NCBI GenBank assembly: GCA_031414775.1
Contig: JANOQI010000041.1
Span: 128,001 to 192,000, forward strand
DNA from: Synechococcales cyanobacterium VAR_4_metabat_354
GTDB taxonomy: Bacteria > Cyanobacteriota > Cyanobacteriia > Cyanobacteriales > Chamaesiphonaceae
Reading direction: 5' to 3'
DNA length: 64,000 nucleotides
Under the pieces are notes generated by a model. The model was not told where the DNA came from. It saw only the letters and a list, made by a program, of their open reading frames with translations, and made no database searches. A program made the position numbers and the translations under genes. Shown one piece after another: positions 19,036 through 29,253 of the stretch (position 1 is the stretch's first letter; every line of letters starts with the position of its first letter).

Positions 19036-19878
19036 ATGAATGCACAAACGACAGACTCTAGACCTGAATTGATCATTGAAGCAGGACGAAGTGAAAAGCA
19101 GTATTGGAAAGATATCTGGCGATATCGTGACTTATTTTACTTTTTGGCATGGCGCGACATCCTAGTACGTTATAGGCAGACAGCGATTGGTATTGCCTGG
19201 GCATTGATTCGCCCATTTTTGACGATGGTGGTATTCACCATCGTATTTGGAAATTTAGCTAAGTTGCCATCAGAAGGTGTACCTTACCCGATTTTAGTTT
19301 TTTCTGCAATGTTGCCTTGGCAGTTCTTTTCTAATTCTTTATCTGAATGTAGTAATAGTCTGATTACTAACTCTAATTTGATCTCCAAGGTCTATTTTCC
19401 GAGATTGATAGTACCAATTAGTTCTGTGGTCGTGAGTTTTGTGGATTTCATGATTTCTGGGATAATTTTGTTGGGATTGATGGCTTGGTATAACTATGTT
19501 CCTAGTTGGCGAATTCTGATGTTACCAGTGTTTATAGCGATAGCATTTGCGGCTTCGGTTGGGTCTGGCTTGTGGCTAGCATCATTCAATGTTAAATATC
19601 GAGATTTCCGCTATATTGTGCCTTTTGTCGTTCAATTTGGGCTGTATATTTCTCCGGTAGGATTTAGTAGTAGTATCGTTCCCGAAAAGTGGCGATTTCT
19701 TTATTCTTTGAATCCGATGGTGGGAGTGATTGATGGATTTCGTTGGTCTATTTTAGGGGGAGAGTCAAAGCTATATTGGCCGGGTTTTTTGCTATCTTTA
19801 GGGCTAGTATTCCTTTTACTGATTACAGGAATTGCCTACTTCCGCAAAATGGAGCGGACATTCGCTGATGTGATTTAG
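19036..19878 (+). CDS. wzm: Polysaccharide ABC transporter permease
   Basis: RDILVRYRQTAIGIAW, NLISKVYFPR, YRDF, LNPM. Confidence 0.92.
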   Translation: MNAQTTDSRPELIIEAGRSEKQYWKDIWRYRDLFYFLAWRDILVRYRQTAIGIAWALIRPFLTMVVFTIVFGNLAKLPSEGVPYPILVFSAMLPWQFFSNSLSECSNSLITNSNLISKVYFPRLIVPISSVVVSFVDFMISGIILLGLMAWYNYVPSWRILMLPVFIAIAFAASVGSGLWLASFNVKYRDFRYIVPFVVQFGLYISPVGFSSSIVPEKWRFLYSLNPMVGVIDGFRWSILGGESKLYWPGFLLSLGLVFLLLITGIAYFRKMERTFADVI

Positions 19879-19921
19879 GTCTGGAAATTGAGGGTTTTAT
19901 GGAGTGATGGAATAAGAATTT

Positions 19922-21214
19922 ATGTCTGATATAGTAATCAAGGCCGAAAATTTAAGTAAAAAGTATATTATTGGGCATCAGCGTGAGGAACGCTACACGA
20001 CATTACGGGATTCGATCGTCAATGGTGCTAAGGGTTTATTGAAGCCGTTTCAACGTGGTCAATCTCAAGTTGTAGATCCAACTTCTGAAGAATTTTGGGC
20101 ACTGAAGGATGTGTCGTTTGAGATTAAGCAGGGCGATCGGGTTGGGATTATTGGGCGGAATGGGGCAGGGAAATCGACGCTACTGAAGATTTTGAGCCGT
20201 ATTACGGAACCGACAGAAGGGCGAATTAAGATTAAAGGGCGTGTGGCGAGTTTGTTAGAGGTGGGGACAGGGTTTCATCCAGAGCTGACGGGAAGAGAGA
20301 ATATTTTCCTAAATGGGGCTATTTTGGGGATGGGGCGGGAGGAGATTAAGAAAAAGTTTGATGAGATTGTAGCGTTTGCGGAAGTGGAAAAGTTCCTGGA
20401 TACGCCAGTGAAGCGATATAGCAGTGGAATGTATGTCCGCTTGGCGTTTGCGGTGGCGGCACATTTGGAGTCTGAAATTTTGATTGTGGATGAGGTGTTG
20501 GCGGTAGGCGATATGAGTTTTCAGGAAAAGTGTCTAGGAAAGATGCAAAATATCAGTTCTAGTGGCAGAACAGTTTTGTTTGTTAGTCACAACATGGATA
20601 GTATTCGGCGATTATGTTCGTCGGGGATCTATCTCCAGTCTGGATTTGTTAAAGATTTAGGGAGAATTGAAGAGATCACCAACACATACCTAACGCAATT
20701 TAGTACTGGAATAAAAGGAAATATAATTCCTTTTCCTGAGATGTCTAATTCGGGTTACTTTATAGAAAAAATTGAGATTTTAGACATTGATGCATCCCCT
20801 AAGCAACATATTAGTACTTGGGATGCTGTTAGATTTAGAATTTCATTTTATTGTCATATAGCTATCAATTCCGGCTCAGTAGTATTACAGGTTTCTACTT
20901 TATCAGGAACTGTTTTGATGCTCTGCTCTACTCAGCCAGATTCGAATTTCAAGACTGAGTTTAAGGAAGGGATGAATTTTGTTGATTGCATCTTCCCTAA
21001 ATTCTGTCTTTCAGCGGGAAGATACCTAATTGGTGCTGGGTTAGCTATTCCGAATGTTGAGTGGTTATACCAACAGTTAGATTGTGGAATTCTTGAAGTC
21101 TTTTCTAAAGATATATATCATTCTGGACTTGCTCCTGCTAGTTCTCGATATGTATTACCACTAGAGCATCAATGGGAGTCTTCACAGGTTATTAAGACTG
21201 CTACCAGTAAATAA
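19922..21214 (+). CDS. wzt: Polysaccharide ABC transporter ATPase with C-terminal carbohydrate-binding domain
   Basis: GRNGAGKST, YSSGMYVRLAF, DEVLAVGD, VSH, plus a ~170 aa C-terminal extension. Confidence 0.93.
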   Translation: MSDIVIKAENLSKKYIIGHQREERYTTLRDSIVNGAKGLLKPFQRGQSQVVDPTSEEFWALKDVSFEIKQGDRVGIIGRNGAGKSTLLKILSRITEPTEGRIKIKGRVASLLEVGTGFHPELTGRENIFLNGAILGMGREEIKKKFDEIVAFAEVEKFLDTPVKRYSSGMYVRLAFAVAAHLESEILIVDEVLAVGDMSFQEKCLGKMQNISSSGRTVLFVSHNMDSIRRLCSSGIYLQSGFVKDLGRIEEITNTYLTQFSTGIKGNIIPFPEMSNSGYFIEKIEILDIDASPKQHISTWDAVRFRISFYCHIAINSGSVVLQVSTLSGTVLMLCSTQPDSNFKTEFKEGMNFVDCIFPKFCLSAGRYLIGAGLAIPNVEWLYQQLDCGILEVFSKDIYHSGLAPASSRYVLPLEHQWESSQVIKTATSK

Positions 21215-21268
21215 AAGATTACTATTATTCAATCTTAGCTAATCTTTAAATAAGTAATTGAAATACAA

Positions 21269-21994
21269 ATGTTTCAAAGTTACACGTTGTCAATCTCAAA
21301 AAAATTAGTATTAATTATGAATGCCACAATCAAGCTTTTTTTTGGTATATTAAAAAATTGTTATGGAGGTAAATCACATCAACTATATTTTGAATTTAAA
21401 ATTATTCTTGCTAAGATATTAAGACAACTTTCTCGTCCACCTTTCCCAAGCTCTGACGCTGGAAATACTAATCTTCATTTAGGTTGCGGCTCAATTAATC
21501 ATCCAGAGTTTATTAACATTGATGGGGCACCTTTTTCTCATGTTCATTATGTTAGAGCAATTGATGACCTGTCACCATTTAAAGATGAAACAATTAATTT
21601 AATTTATGCATCTCACTGCTTGGAGCATTTTTCTTACTTGGAGGTTCCCAATATTCTTTTAGACTGGTTTAGAAAATTGAAGCCGGGAGGAATTTTAAGA
21701 CTTTCTGTTCCTGACTTTGAGCAAATAGTTTGTATTTACTTAGAAAACGACAGAAATATTGATACAATAATCGGCCCACTTATGGGTGGACAGGGTAATA
21801 AGTTTGACTTTCACCAAATTGTTTTTAATTCCAGAAAACTTAAGGAATTGCTTATTGATGCTGGGTTCAAGGATGTTAGGGAGTGGTGTCCACATTCCAG
21901 TAAACCAGGTGATCTTGATGATTGGTCGGTTCGTCAAATTCCTGTTAGTGGTAAACACTACTCCATAAGCCTTAATCTAGAAGCAATTAAATAA
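21269..21994 (+). CDS. SAM-dependent methyltransferase (type 11-like)
   Basis: LHLGCG, YASHCLEH, LKPGG, VPD, SLNLEAIK. Start may be ATG 21317. Confidence 0.85.
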   Translation: MFQSYTLSISKKLVLIMNATIKLFFGILKNCYGGKSHQLYFEFKIILAKILRQLSRPPFPSSDAGNTNLHLGCGSINHPEFINIDGAPFSHVHYVRAIDDLSPFKDETINLIYASHCLEHFSYLEVPNILLDWFRKLKPGGILRLSVPDFEQIVCIYLENDRNIDTIIGPLMGGQGNKFDFHQIVFNSRKLKELLIDAGFKDVREWCPHSSKPGDLDDWSVRQIPVSGKHYSISLNLEAIK

Positions 21995-23035
21995 ATGATG
22001 CGTCCCACTCTTAGTGAATTACCTCCATCCCCAGAAGGTAGAATAGGTTGGCCTTGGACTGAAGAAAGTTTACCCTTACCTAGTGTGATGTCAAATGGCT
22101 CTAAATGGCCACGCATAAGCATTGTTACACCTAGTTATAATCAAGGACAGTTTATTGAAGAAACGATTAGATCGGTTTTACTACAGGGTTATCCAAATCT
22201 AGAGTACATAATATTGGATGGAGGTAGCACTGACAACTCTCTTGATATTATTCAAAAATACAGTAATTTTTTCACTTTTTGGGTCAGTGAAAAAGATGAA
22301 GGACAAGCTGATGCTATCAACAAAGGATTTGAAAAAATTACAGGTGAAATTACTTCATTTATTAACTCAGATGATGTTTATTTACCAAATGCATTGAAAT
22401 TTGCGGCTCACTTCTTTCTTGAGCATCATGAATGTGATTTTGTTTGCGCCCAAACTATGTTTATTGATGTTAATTCCAAACATATTAAAGGCTTTGAAGA
22501 ACTCTTTATGGTTGAAATAAATAACAAAACAATGACAGAAGGATGTCATATTGCCCAGCCATCAACTTTTTTTAGAGCGGCTGTTTTGCAGCACATAGGT
22601 TTTTTTAGTAAAGATTTACACTATTCTTTTGACTATGAATATTGGTTGAGAGCCTTTCTTCGTGGATTTAAATTTGGGTCAAGTAAAGAAATTATTTCTT
22701 TATTTAGACTTCATAAGTCCAGCAAAACGGTTAGTGATTATAGTCAAGGAAAATTTGCTTTAGACTTTATCAAAATTTATCGTTGTGCGTTATCAAATAG
22801 ACAACTTAGCTTACTAAATAGGAAGGGATTGTATCGAGGATTGGGAAGAGCAGGTTGTTTACTATTTATCAATCTCGAATCTAGTAGTACCACTCATGCT
22901 GCTCGTCTTTCTTTTTGGAGAATTATATTGCAAAATCCTGAGATTTTAGTTTTCTCATTCACATGGAAAACTCTTATTTTATCTATAGCCCCTGTTTGTT
23001 TTAGAGTATTATGGAGAAAACTTCGTGATAAATAA
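21995..23035 (+). CDS. Glycosyltransferase family 2
   Basis: SIVTPSYNQ, DGGSTD, INSDD. Confidence 0.92.
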   Translation: MMRPTLSELPPSPEGRIGWPWTEESLPLPSVMSNGSKWPRISIVTPSYNQGQFIEETIRSVLLQGYPNLEYIILDGGSTDNSLDIIQKYSNFFTFWVSEKDEGQADAINKGFEKITGEITSFINSDDVYLPNALKFAAHFFLEHHECDFVCAQTMFIDVNSKHIKGFEELFMVEINNKTMTEGCHIAQPSTFFRAAVLQHIGFFSKDLHYSFDYEYWLRAFLRGFKFGSSKEIISLFRLHKSSKTVSDYSQGKFALDFIKIYRCALSNRQLSLLNRKGLYRGLGRAGCLLFINLESSSTTHAARLSFWRIILQNPEILVFSFTWKTLILSIAPVCFRVLWRKLRDK

Positions 23036-23062
23036 AATGTGACTTAATTTTAGTCCTGAATT

Positions 23063-23572
23063 ATGATTTATCTATTTAAAGTATTTGATCGACTAGTCTC
23101 TCATTATGAGAAATATAAAATCAATGATTTGAAAAAACGTTTAAGTAGTTGTGGGAAGAACGTTTACATCAGTTCTAAAGTTTTTATATGGTCAGAAAAT
23201 AAATTAGAAATAGGAGATGGTGTCTGTATTCATGCTTTTACTCATATTTTTGCAGGAGGTGGATTGGAAATCGGCAACGAAACAATGATTTCTAGTAACT
23301 GTTCAATAACAACTGTAACCCACCCTGTGAATCCTTTAGATAGGCTTCGGAGTATTTACAAGCCAATAGTTATTGGTAAGAACGTTTGGATTGGAACTGG
23401 TGCTGTTATCCTCCCTGGTGTCACAATCGGAGATTATTCAATTGTAGGGGCAGGTTCAGTAGTAACTAAAAGTATTCCGTCAATGCAAGTATTTGTTGGT
23501 AATCCGGCTAAGTTTTTAAAAAATGTTCAGATTGAAGATTTGGGAGTTGTAAATCATGATCATGCTTACTGA
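23063..23572 (+). CDS. Hexapeptide-repeat O-acetyltransferase
   Basis: IGKNVWIG, ILPGVTIG, GAGSVVTK, GNPA. Confidence 0.9.
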   Translation: MIYLFKVFDRLVSHYEKYKINDLKKRLSSCGKNVYISSKVFIWSENKLEIGDGVCIHAFTHIFAGGGLEIGNETMISSNCSITTVTHPVNPLDRLRSIYKPIVIGKNVWIGTGAVILPGVTIGDYSIVGAGSVVTKSIPSMQVFVGNPAKFLKNVQIEDLGVVNHDHAY

Positions 23573-24719
23573 AAAGACCCCTAAAATCTTTTTAGCCTGT
23601 TCCGGTCTAGGTAATATTCAGCGAGGCTATGAGTCTTTTACTCAAGAATGCTTTGATGCCTTATCTCAATCTCCAGAGTTGGAAATCACTCTTTTTAAAG
23701 GAGGAGGAGGATCTGATGAGTGTCAAATTAACTTGTGGAATTTACCTCGTAATCATCTATTCACCAAACAATTGACAACTGTATTTGGAAAACATCCTAA
23801 GTTTAGTGATCCCTATTTCATAGAGCAAGCTTCCTTTTGTCTAAGCCTGATTCCATATCTAGCTCAGCAGAAACCCGATGTCATTTTCTTTAGCGATTTT
23901 GCCTTGGGAACTATGCTCTGGAACTGGCGAAGAATTAGTAAGCTTTCCTATAAACTACTCTTTTCTAATGGTGCTCCTAATGGTCCTCCTTTTAGTCGGA
24001 TGGATTGTGTGCAGCATCTTACCCCTATTCATTATCAGGCAGCGATAGATGCTGGAGAGTCTACTGATCGACATAGTTTGGTTCCTTACGGTATTAAGCT
24101 CGAAAGGGAATATTTCCATCTCACGCAATTGGAACAGGAAGCTTTGCGATTGAGACTGAAGCTACCGATCAATCGTCCCCTGCTGCTCTCGGTGGCGGCA
24201 ATTAACAAGACCCATAAGCGTATGGACTATTTGATTCAAGAAGTTGCTCGTCTACCTGAACCTCGTCCTTACCTTCTACTATTGGGTCAGATAGACCAAG
24301 AATCCTCAGAGGTGCTTCAGCTGGGAGATCGACTGTTGGGTTCAGATAACTTCCAAGTGAAGACAGTTGCTTATGACGAAATAAGTAACTACTATCGAGT
24401 GGCTAATCTATTTGTGCTTGCTTCTCTACATGAAGGCTTTGGTAGAGTATTGCTAGAGGCTATGGGGCATGGTCTACCTTGTCTTGTCCATGATTATGAC
24501 GTGACACGATTTGTCTTGAAAGAGCAAGGGTATTTTGCGGATTTTACTACTTTTGGTGGTTTGAGCGCTCTAATTAAAGAGGTTCTAGCCCAGAGCAATA
24601 ATGAGGCAAAATACCAACGACATAAATTTATTTATGAACATTTTAGTTGGGATTGTCTGCGTTCTGATTATGTGAAAATGCTTTACTTATGCACGAAAGA
24701 AAATGGGGGTATTTTATAA
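23556..24719 (+). CDS. Glycosyltransferase family 4
   Basis: RGYES, HKR, EGFGRVLLEAM. Confidence 0.88.
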   Translation: MIMLTEKTPKIFLACSGLGNIQRGYESFTQECFDALSQSPELEITLFKGGGGSDECQINLWNLPRNHLFTKQLTTVFGKHPKFSDPYFIEQASFCLSLIPYLAQQKPDVIFFSDFALGTMLWNWRRISKLSYKLLFSNGAPNGPPFSRMDCVQHLTPIHYQAAIDAGESTDRHSLVPYGIKLEREYFHLTQLEQEALRLRLKLPINRPLLLSVAAINKTHKRMDYLIQEVARLPEPRPYLLLLGQIDQESSEVLQLGDRLLGSDNFQVKTVAYDEISNYYRVANLFVLASLHEGFGRVLLEAMGHGLPCLVHDYDVTRFVLKEQGYFADFTTFGGLSALIKEVLAQSNNEAKYQRHKFIYEHFSWDCLRSDYVKMLYLCTKENGGIL

Positions 24720-24827
24720 AATTCTTAAAATAACTAGCAGATATTAAAAAATAAAAGAATTCATATTTTCTCCATTAGTAAAACAACAAAGATCTACAAA
24801 AAACTTACTTACAAGCTTATAAAATCA

Positions 24828-25679
24828 ATGAATTACTCACCTAAATTTTCGGTAATTATTCCTACCTATCATCGCAACGATCTGTTGGAAAAATGTCTCG
24901 ACTGCCTGGCACCTAAAATTCAGACTTTAGCTGCAAGCCAATATGAAATAATTGTTACTGATGATGGTCGGGAAACAACAGCTGAACAGATGATTCGCGA
25001 TCGATATCCTTGGGTGAAGTGGGTGGCAGGCTTAAGTAAAGGCCCTGCTGCTAATCGGAATAATGGAGTGAAGTATGCTCAGGGTGAATGGTTGGTATTT
25101 ACCGATGATGACTGCTTGCCAGATGCTCAATGGCTAACAGCATATGCTGAAGCGATTATAGATAATAGTAATAACTATTCTGTGTTTGAAGGAAGAGTCT
25201 ATGTCGATCGTCCCAGAAAAACTTTAGCTGAAAAGTCTCCTACTAACGATACTGGAGGATATCTTTGGTCATGTAATTTTGCTATCGATAGCCAGATATT
25301 TCGATCACTCGGTGGTTTTGATGAGCGCTTTCCTTATGCTGCAATGGAAGATGTCGATTTCAAATTTCGGTTAGCCAAAGCAGGAATTTTATTTTTCTTC
25401 ATTCATCCTGCTTCTGTCTGCCACCCCTGGCGGCCTAGTGGTGGTTGGCTGGAACTCAAAAAGCATCAGCAATCTACACTAGTTTACTTATCCTTACATC
25501 CGGAAGAAGCAACACGAATTAATTCGCTCTACTATCTAAAACTTGCCTTACAAAGTCTAATTAAAACTACACTTCCTCAAGGCTTGAATTTGAAAGGGCG
25601 GGGAATTGGAACCCCATTACTAGAATTAGTATCATTTTTACAAATGGTTTTCATTCTTTCTCGAAATCCTCAACAATAA
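24828..25679 (+). CDS. Glycosyltransferase family 2
   Basis: SVIIPTY, GPAANRN, FTDDD, GGFDE, MEDVD. Confidence 0.92.
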   Translation: MNYSPKFSVIIPTYHRNDLLEKCLDCLAPKIQTLAASQYEIIVTDDGRETTAEQMIRDRYPWVKWVAGLSKGPAANRNNGVKYAQGEWLVFTDDDCLPDAQWLTAYAEAIIDNSNNYSVFEGRVYVDRPRKTLAEKSPTNDTGGYLWSCNFAIDSQIFRSLGGFDERFPYAAMEDVDFKFRLAKAGILFFFIHPASVCHPWRPSGGWLELKKHQQSTLVYLSLHPEEATRINSLYYLKLALQSLIKTTLPQGLNLKGRGIGTPLLELVSFLQMVFILSRNPQQ

Positions 25680-25712
25680 GTCGCCGGTATTCCATGAATT
25701 GTTATAAATTTA

Positions 25713-26519
25713 TTAATCATAAGGTTTCCAAATAATGGCAAGCGAGTGACTATTGAGCCATGGAAATAATTTACCATTTTTAGTTGAAGTCAATGACTCT
25801 AACCCATCAATTAAACTTTTAGGTATTGAAGGCAAAAGGTGACCAGTTTTCATATGACCTGCGGTCAACGGATTTGCAAAAAGATGTAACTCTTTCAGTA
25901 CAAGACCTGCTGATTTAACTAATACCTCAATTTCATCTCTATGCAGTAAGAAAATATGCCCATCTGCATCTGGTTTAAACTGAATACTTTCAAATATTGA
26001 GGGGTCAGAACAATCGGAAAATCTAGGCAGATCATTTCTAATATATTCACCATTAGGGGTAGTCATAATGATGTAGCCACCAGGCTTAATTAAACTTGCA
26101 ATACTGCACAAAAAGTCATCCGGGTGAGCAACATGCTCGATAACTTCAGTAATGATTGCGGCATCAAAAGTTGCTGGTGAATCTAACTCAAAACAGTTGC
26201 CAACGACGTATTTTATGTCACCAGTTTCATATTTAAGTTTCACATAGTCAGCTAATTCACCGCGTAAATCACTCCAAGTCACACTGTAACCTAATTCACC
26301 GAGTCGGAGTGAAAAGTTACCTTGTGCTGCGGCAATATCAACTATCTGAGAGCCAGTAGGGACATATCTTTTCAAAGCATCAATAGTCTGATTAAACCTG
26401 CATTGATAGGCCGATGTATAACCAGGATGGCTAGTATCTCCAAAAAATTCTAACAAATCATAGTGATAGCTTAACTTCCAAGATTCTAACCAGTTAGGAT
26501 TGTAAATAGGCTTTTTCAT
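25713..26519 (-). CDS. Class I SAM-dependent methyltransferase (UbiG-like)
   Basis: VDIAAAQG, TEVIEHV, IKPGG, TTPN. Confidence 0.85.
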   Translation of the reverse strand: MKKPIYNPNWLESWKLSYHYDLLEFFGDTSHPGYTSAYQCRFNQTIDALKRYVPTGSQIVDIAAAQGNFSLRLGELGYSVTWSDLRGELADYVKLKYETGDIKYVVGNCFELDSPATFDAAIITEVIEHVAHPDDFLCSIASLIKPGGYIIMTTPNGEYIRNDLPRFSDCSDPSIFESIQFKPDADGHIFLLHRDEIEVLVKSAGLVLKELHLFANPLTAGHMKTGHLLPSIPKSLIDGLESLTSTKNGKLFPWLNSHSLAIIWKPYD

Positions 26520-26722
26520 TGTCTGTCAGCTTTTTGATTTTAAATTTATTCGCCATTGGGAGCTTAAATTTGCTCTCAACTGATTTCGTTTCTATTGTAC
26601 CCTTGCTTTAGCTTATTTTTCTATCCCTACCCTTTTTCTAGGAATAACATCTACTATCGATCGAGAACTGACTTAAAGACGCTAAAATTATATTTACAGA
26701 GAAGCAAGAATGCAGTGAAAAT

Positions 26723-27337
26723 ATGACTAACACTCTCTTCCAAGTCAGAATTACCGACTTCGACCAATTTATTGATTGGTATCCTGAAGAATCCGAACAG
26801 AAATACGAACTCCACGATGGAATGATTGTCACCATGCCGAAGCCCAAAGGAAAACATTCCCAAATAGCAGGCTTCTTGATGAATGAGTTAGGCTTTGAGA
26901 CCAAAAAACTAGGCTTACCATATTTCCTTCCGAAAGAATCCATTGTTAAAATTGATGATTTATCTGGTTATGAACCAGATGTAATCGTCTTGAAAAAAGA
27001 AGCGATTTTAACCGAACCCAGATGGGAAAAAGAATCTACAATCATTTCCGGTGGATCTATTGAACTCATTATTGAGATTGCTAGCACCAACTGGAGCGAT
27101 GACTATGCCCTGAAACTAGATGCCTATGAATCAATGGGCATTCCAGAGTATTGGATCGTTGACTATCTCGGATTAGGTGGTCGAAAATTTATCGGTCATC
27201 CAAAACGACCTACCTTAACAATTTATAATTTGCGAGAATATGAGTACATCGCAACCCAATTTAGAACAAATCAAACCATTCAATCACTAGCTTTCCCCAG
27301 TTTGCAGTTGACCGCTCGACAGATTTTTGAAGGTTGA
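26723..27337 (+). CDS. Uma2 family endonuclease-fold protein
   Basis: YELHDG, H, EPDV, EIAS, K..Y...GIPEYWIVD. Confidence 0.92.
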   Translation: MTNTLFQVRITDFDQFIDWYPEESEQKYELHDGMIVTMPKPKGKHSQIAGFLMNELGFETKKLGLPYFLPKESIVKIDDLSGYEPDVIVLKKEAILTEPRWEKESTIISGGSIELIIEIASTNWSDDYALKLDAYESMGIPEYWIVDYLGLGGRKFIGHPKRPTLTIYNLREYEYIATQFRTNQTIQSLAFPSLQLTARQIFEG

Positions 27338-27369
27338 GTACTTGACTTGATTTAATCCCTGATAATTGC

Positions 27370-29151
27370 TCAAACATTTTGTGCCCACCAGTGGTCCAGG
27401 ATCATTAAACTCCAAGGACGATACCATTGACTTAAAGAAATTTGGGCAGGCAGATCGAGATGAGAAAAATATTCCTCCTGTTCACTGTCAAACCACCGTT
27501 GAAAAGGAAATGTGAATCCTCGCTTCGGCTGATTAACTACCCACTCCGGCAATTCCGGTAGAGCCTGAGTTAAAAGCCCTTTGCCACGAGCCAGACGGAG
27601 ACTACTGGGAATAGTCGCGATCGACTCCAACAACACTCGATCGACAAAAGGAACCCGTAATTCCAATCCCCAAGCCATACTCATCACATCACTATCCCTC
27701 AATAGTTGGTTACGCATAAACAAACTCAGTTCTAAAGTACTAACTTCATCCTCCAAAGAGGGAGAATTACTGCTCAGCTCAGCTTCTTGAAAGTTACAAT
27801 TATCCTGTTCCAGCAAATATTTACTAGCAATAATCTGGGCTTCTCGATCGGAGAAAATTCCCCGTACAGCATGGTGAGCATTGGTAGTAGTAGGTTCGCG
27901 CTCCAAATAGTCACCAAAACGTTTAAATCGAGGGTTGGAACTCCACTCCGCCAAGCCTCGGCCAACTCTACTGGTAATTGGTCGTAGAGATTTCATTGAT
28001 CTACTCCAGCGCACCAGCTGGGGGATCTGCTGAAAAGATTTATAACCCCCAAATATTTCATCACCACCCAATCCCGATAGCACCACTTTACTACCATCGG
28101 CATTGGCTAACTGCGAAACACAAAAGACATTAAACCCATCAAAAGTGGGCTGATCTAAAGAGGCTAGAAATCTGGGAATAATTGCTTTGGTATCGCTGGC
28201 TGTAACGCAGAACTCAGTGTGTTCAGTGCCATAATATTCGGCTGTACGACGGGCGATCGAGCCTTCATCTAATTCTGATTCGTTAAAGGCAATTGAATAA
28301 GTACGAAGATCGGTAGATTGAGTCGCCCGCGCTAGGGCGACTAAGGCGGTGGAATCAATGCCGCCACTCAAAAAGATCCCAATCGGAACATCGCTGACAA
28401 AATGGTGTTCGATCGAATCAAATAATGCGGCACGAACTTTGTCTTTGGCATCGGTTAAGGATATTTGCTCGTTACCAAAGCGGATTTGCCAGTATTGCTG
28501 CTGTTTAACTTTCCCTGCTTGCCATCTTAACCAATGACCCGCAGGCAAACATTGAATTCCTGCCACAATCGTGTGCGGTTCGGGCACCGAACCAGAAGTT
28601 AGATAACCATACAGTCCGATCGCACTCATCCGAACTGAAACCAACCGGGTGGCTAGAATGGCTTTTAGTTCTGAGGCGAAGACCAGCGTCGAGCCAGAAC
28701 GCCAATAGTACAAAGGTTTGATCCCCAAGGGATCGCGAGCTAGAAAACAGGTCTGTTCCAGATCATCCCAAATCGCGAAGGCAAACATTCCCCGCAATCG
28801 ATCGAGGCATTTAGCTCCTTCTCGTTGATAGAGTTTCAGAATAACTTCAGTATCAGTCTGAGACTGAAATTTTTCTCCTTGGGCGAGTAAGGTTTGTCGC
28901 AGTTCTCTAAAGTTATAAATTTCACCATTGAAAGTGATATGGTAACGGCCATTTGGTGTAGACATCGGTTGATGTCCGGCCGGACTGAGATCGAGAATAG
29001 CCAAGCGGGTATGAGCGAGAGCCGTTGTCTGATCCGGCGAGCTGTGGTAGATTCCGGTACCATCGGGTCCCCGATGGTGCAAAGAAGTTTGCATTGCTCG
29101 AATTTTTTCGATAGCTTGAGAATGATTTAGAATGCCTGCGATACCACACAT
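27370..29151 (-). CDS. asnB: Asparagine synthase (glutamine-hydrolysing) family amidotransferase
   Basis: MCGIAG (Ntn Cys), HRGPD, FNGEIYNF, LSGGIDS, SGLGGDE, ELRVPF. The EPS context suggests glycan amidation. Confidence 0.9.
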   Translation of the reverse strand: MCGIAGILNHSQAIEKIRAMQTSLHHRGPDGTGIYHSSPDQTTALAHTRLAILDLSPAGHQPMSTPNGRYHITFNGEIYNFRELRQTLLAQGEKFQSQTDTEVILKLYQREGAKCLDRLRGMFAFAIWDDLEQTCFLARDPLGIKPLYYWRSGSTLVFASELKAILATRLVSVRMSAIGLYGYLTSGSVPEPHTIVAGIQCLPAGHWLRWQAGKVKQQQYWQIRFGNEQISLTDAKDKVRAALFDSIEHHFVSDVPIGIFLSGGIDSTALVALARATQSTDLRTYSIAFNESELDEGSIARRTAEYYGTEHTEFCVTASDTKAIIPRFLASLDQPTFDGFNVFCVSQLANADGSKVVLSGLGGDEIFGGYKSFQQIPQLVRWSRSMKSLRPITSRVGRGLAEWSSNPRFKRFGDYLEREPTTTNAHHAVRGIFSDREAQIIASKYLLEQDNCNFQEAELSSNSPSLEDEVSTLELSLFMRNQLLRDSDVMSMAWGLELRVPFVDRVLLESIATIPSSLRLARGKGLLTQALPELPEWVVNQPKRGFTFPFQRWFDSEQEEYFSHLDLPAQISLSQWYRPWSLMILDHWWAQNV

Positions 29152-29253
29152 AGTTTTTATTTCCTAATGATTATTTGCAGGCGAAATATTTATGACAACG
29201 ATACAATAGCGGCTATTTCTCTGGCGATTTAGTCATTTATAAAATTAATTCTT

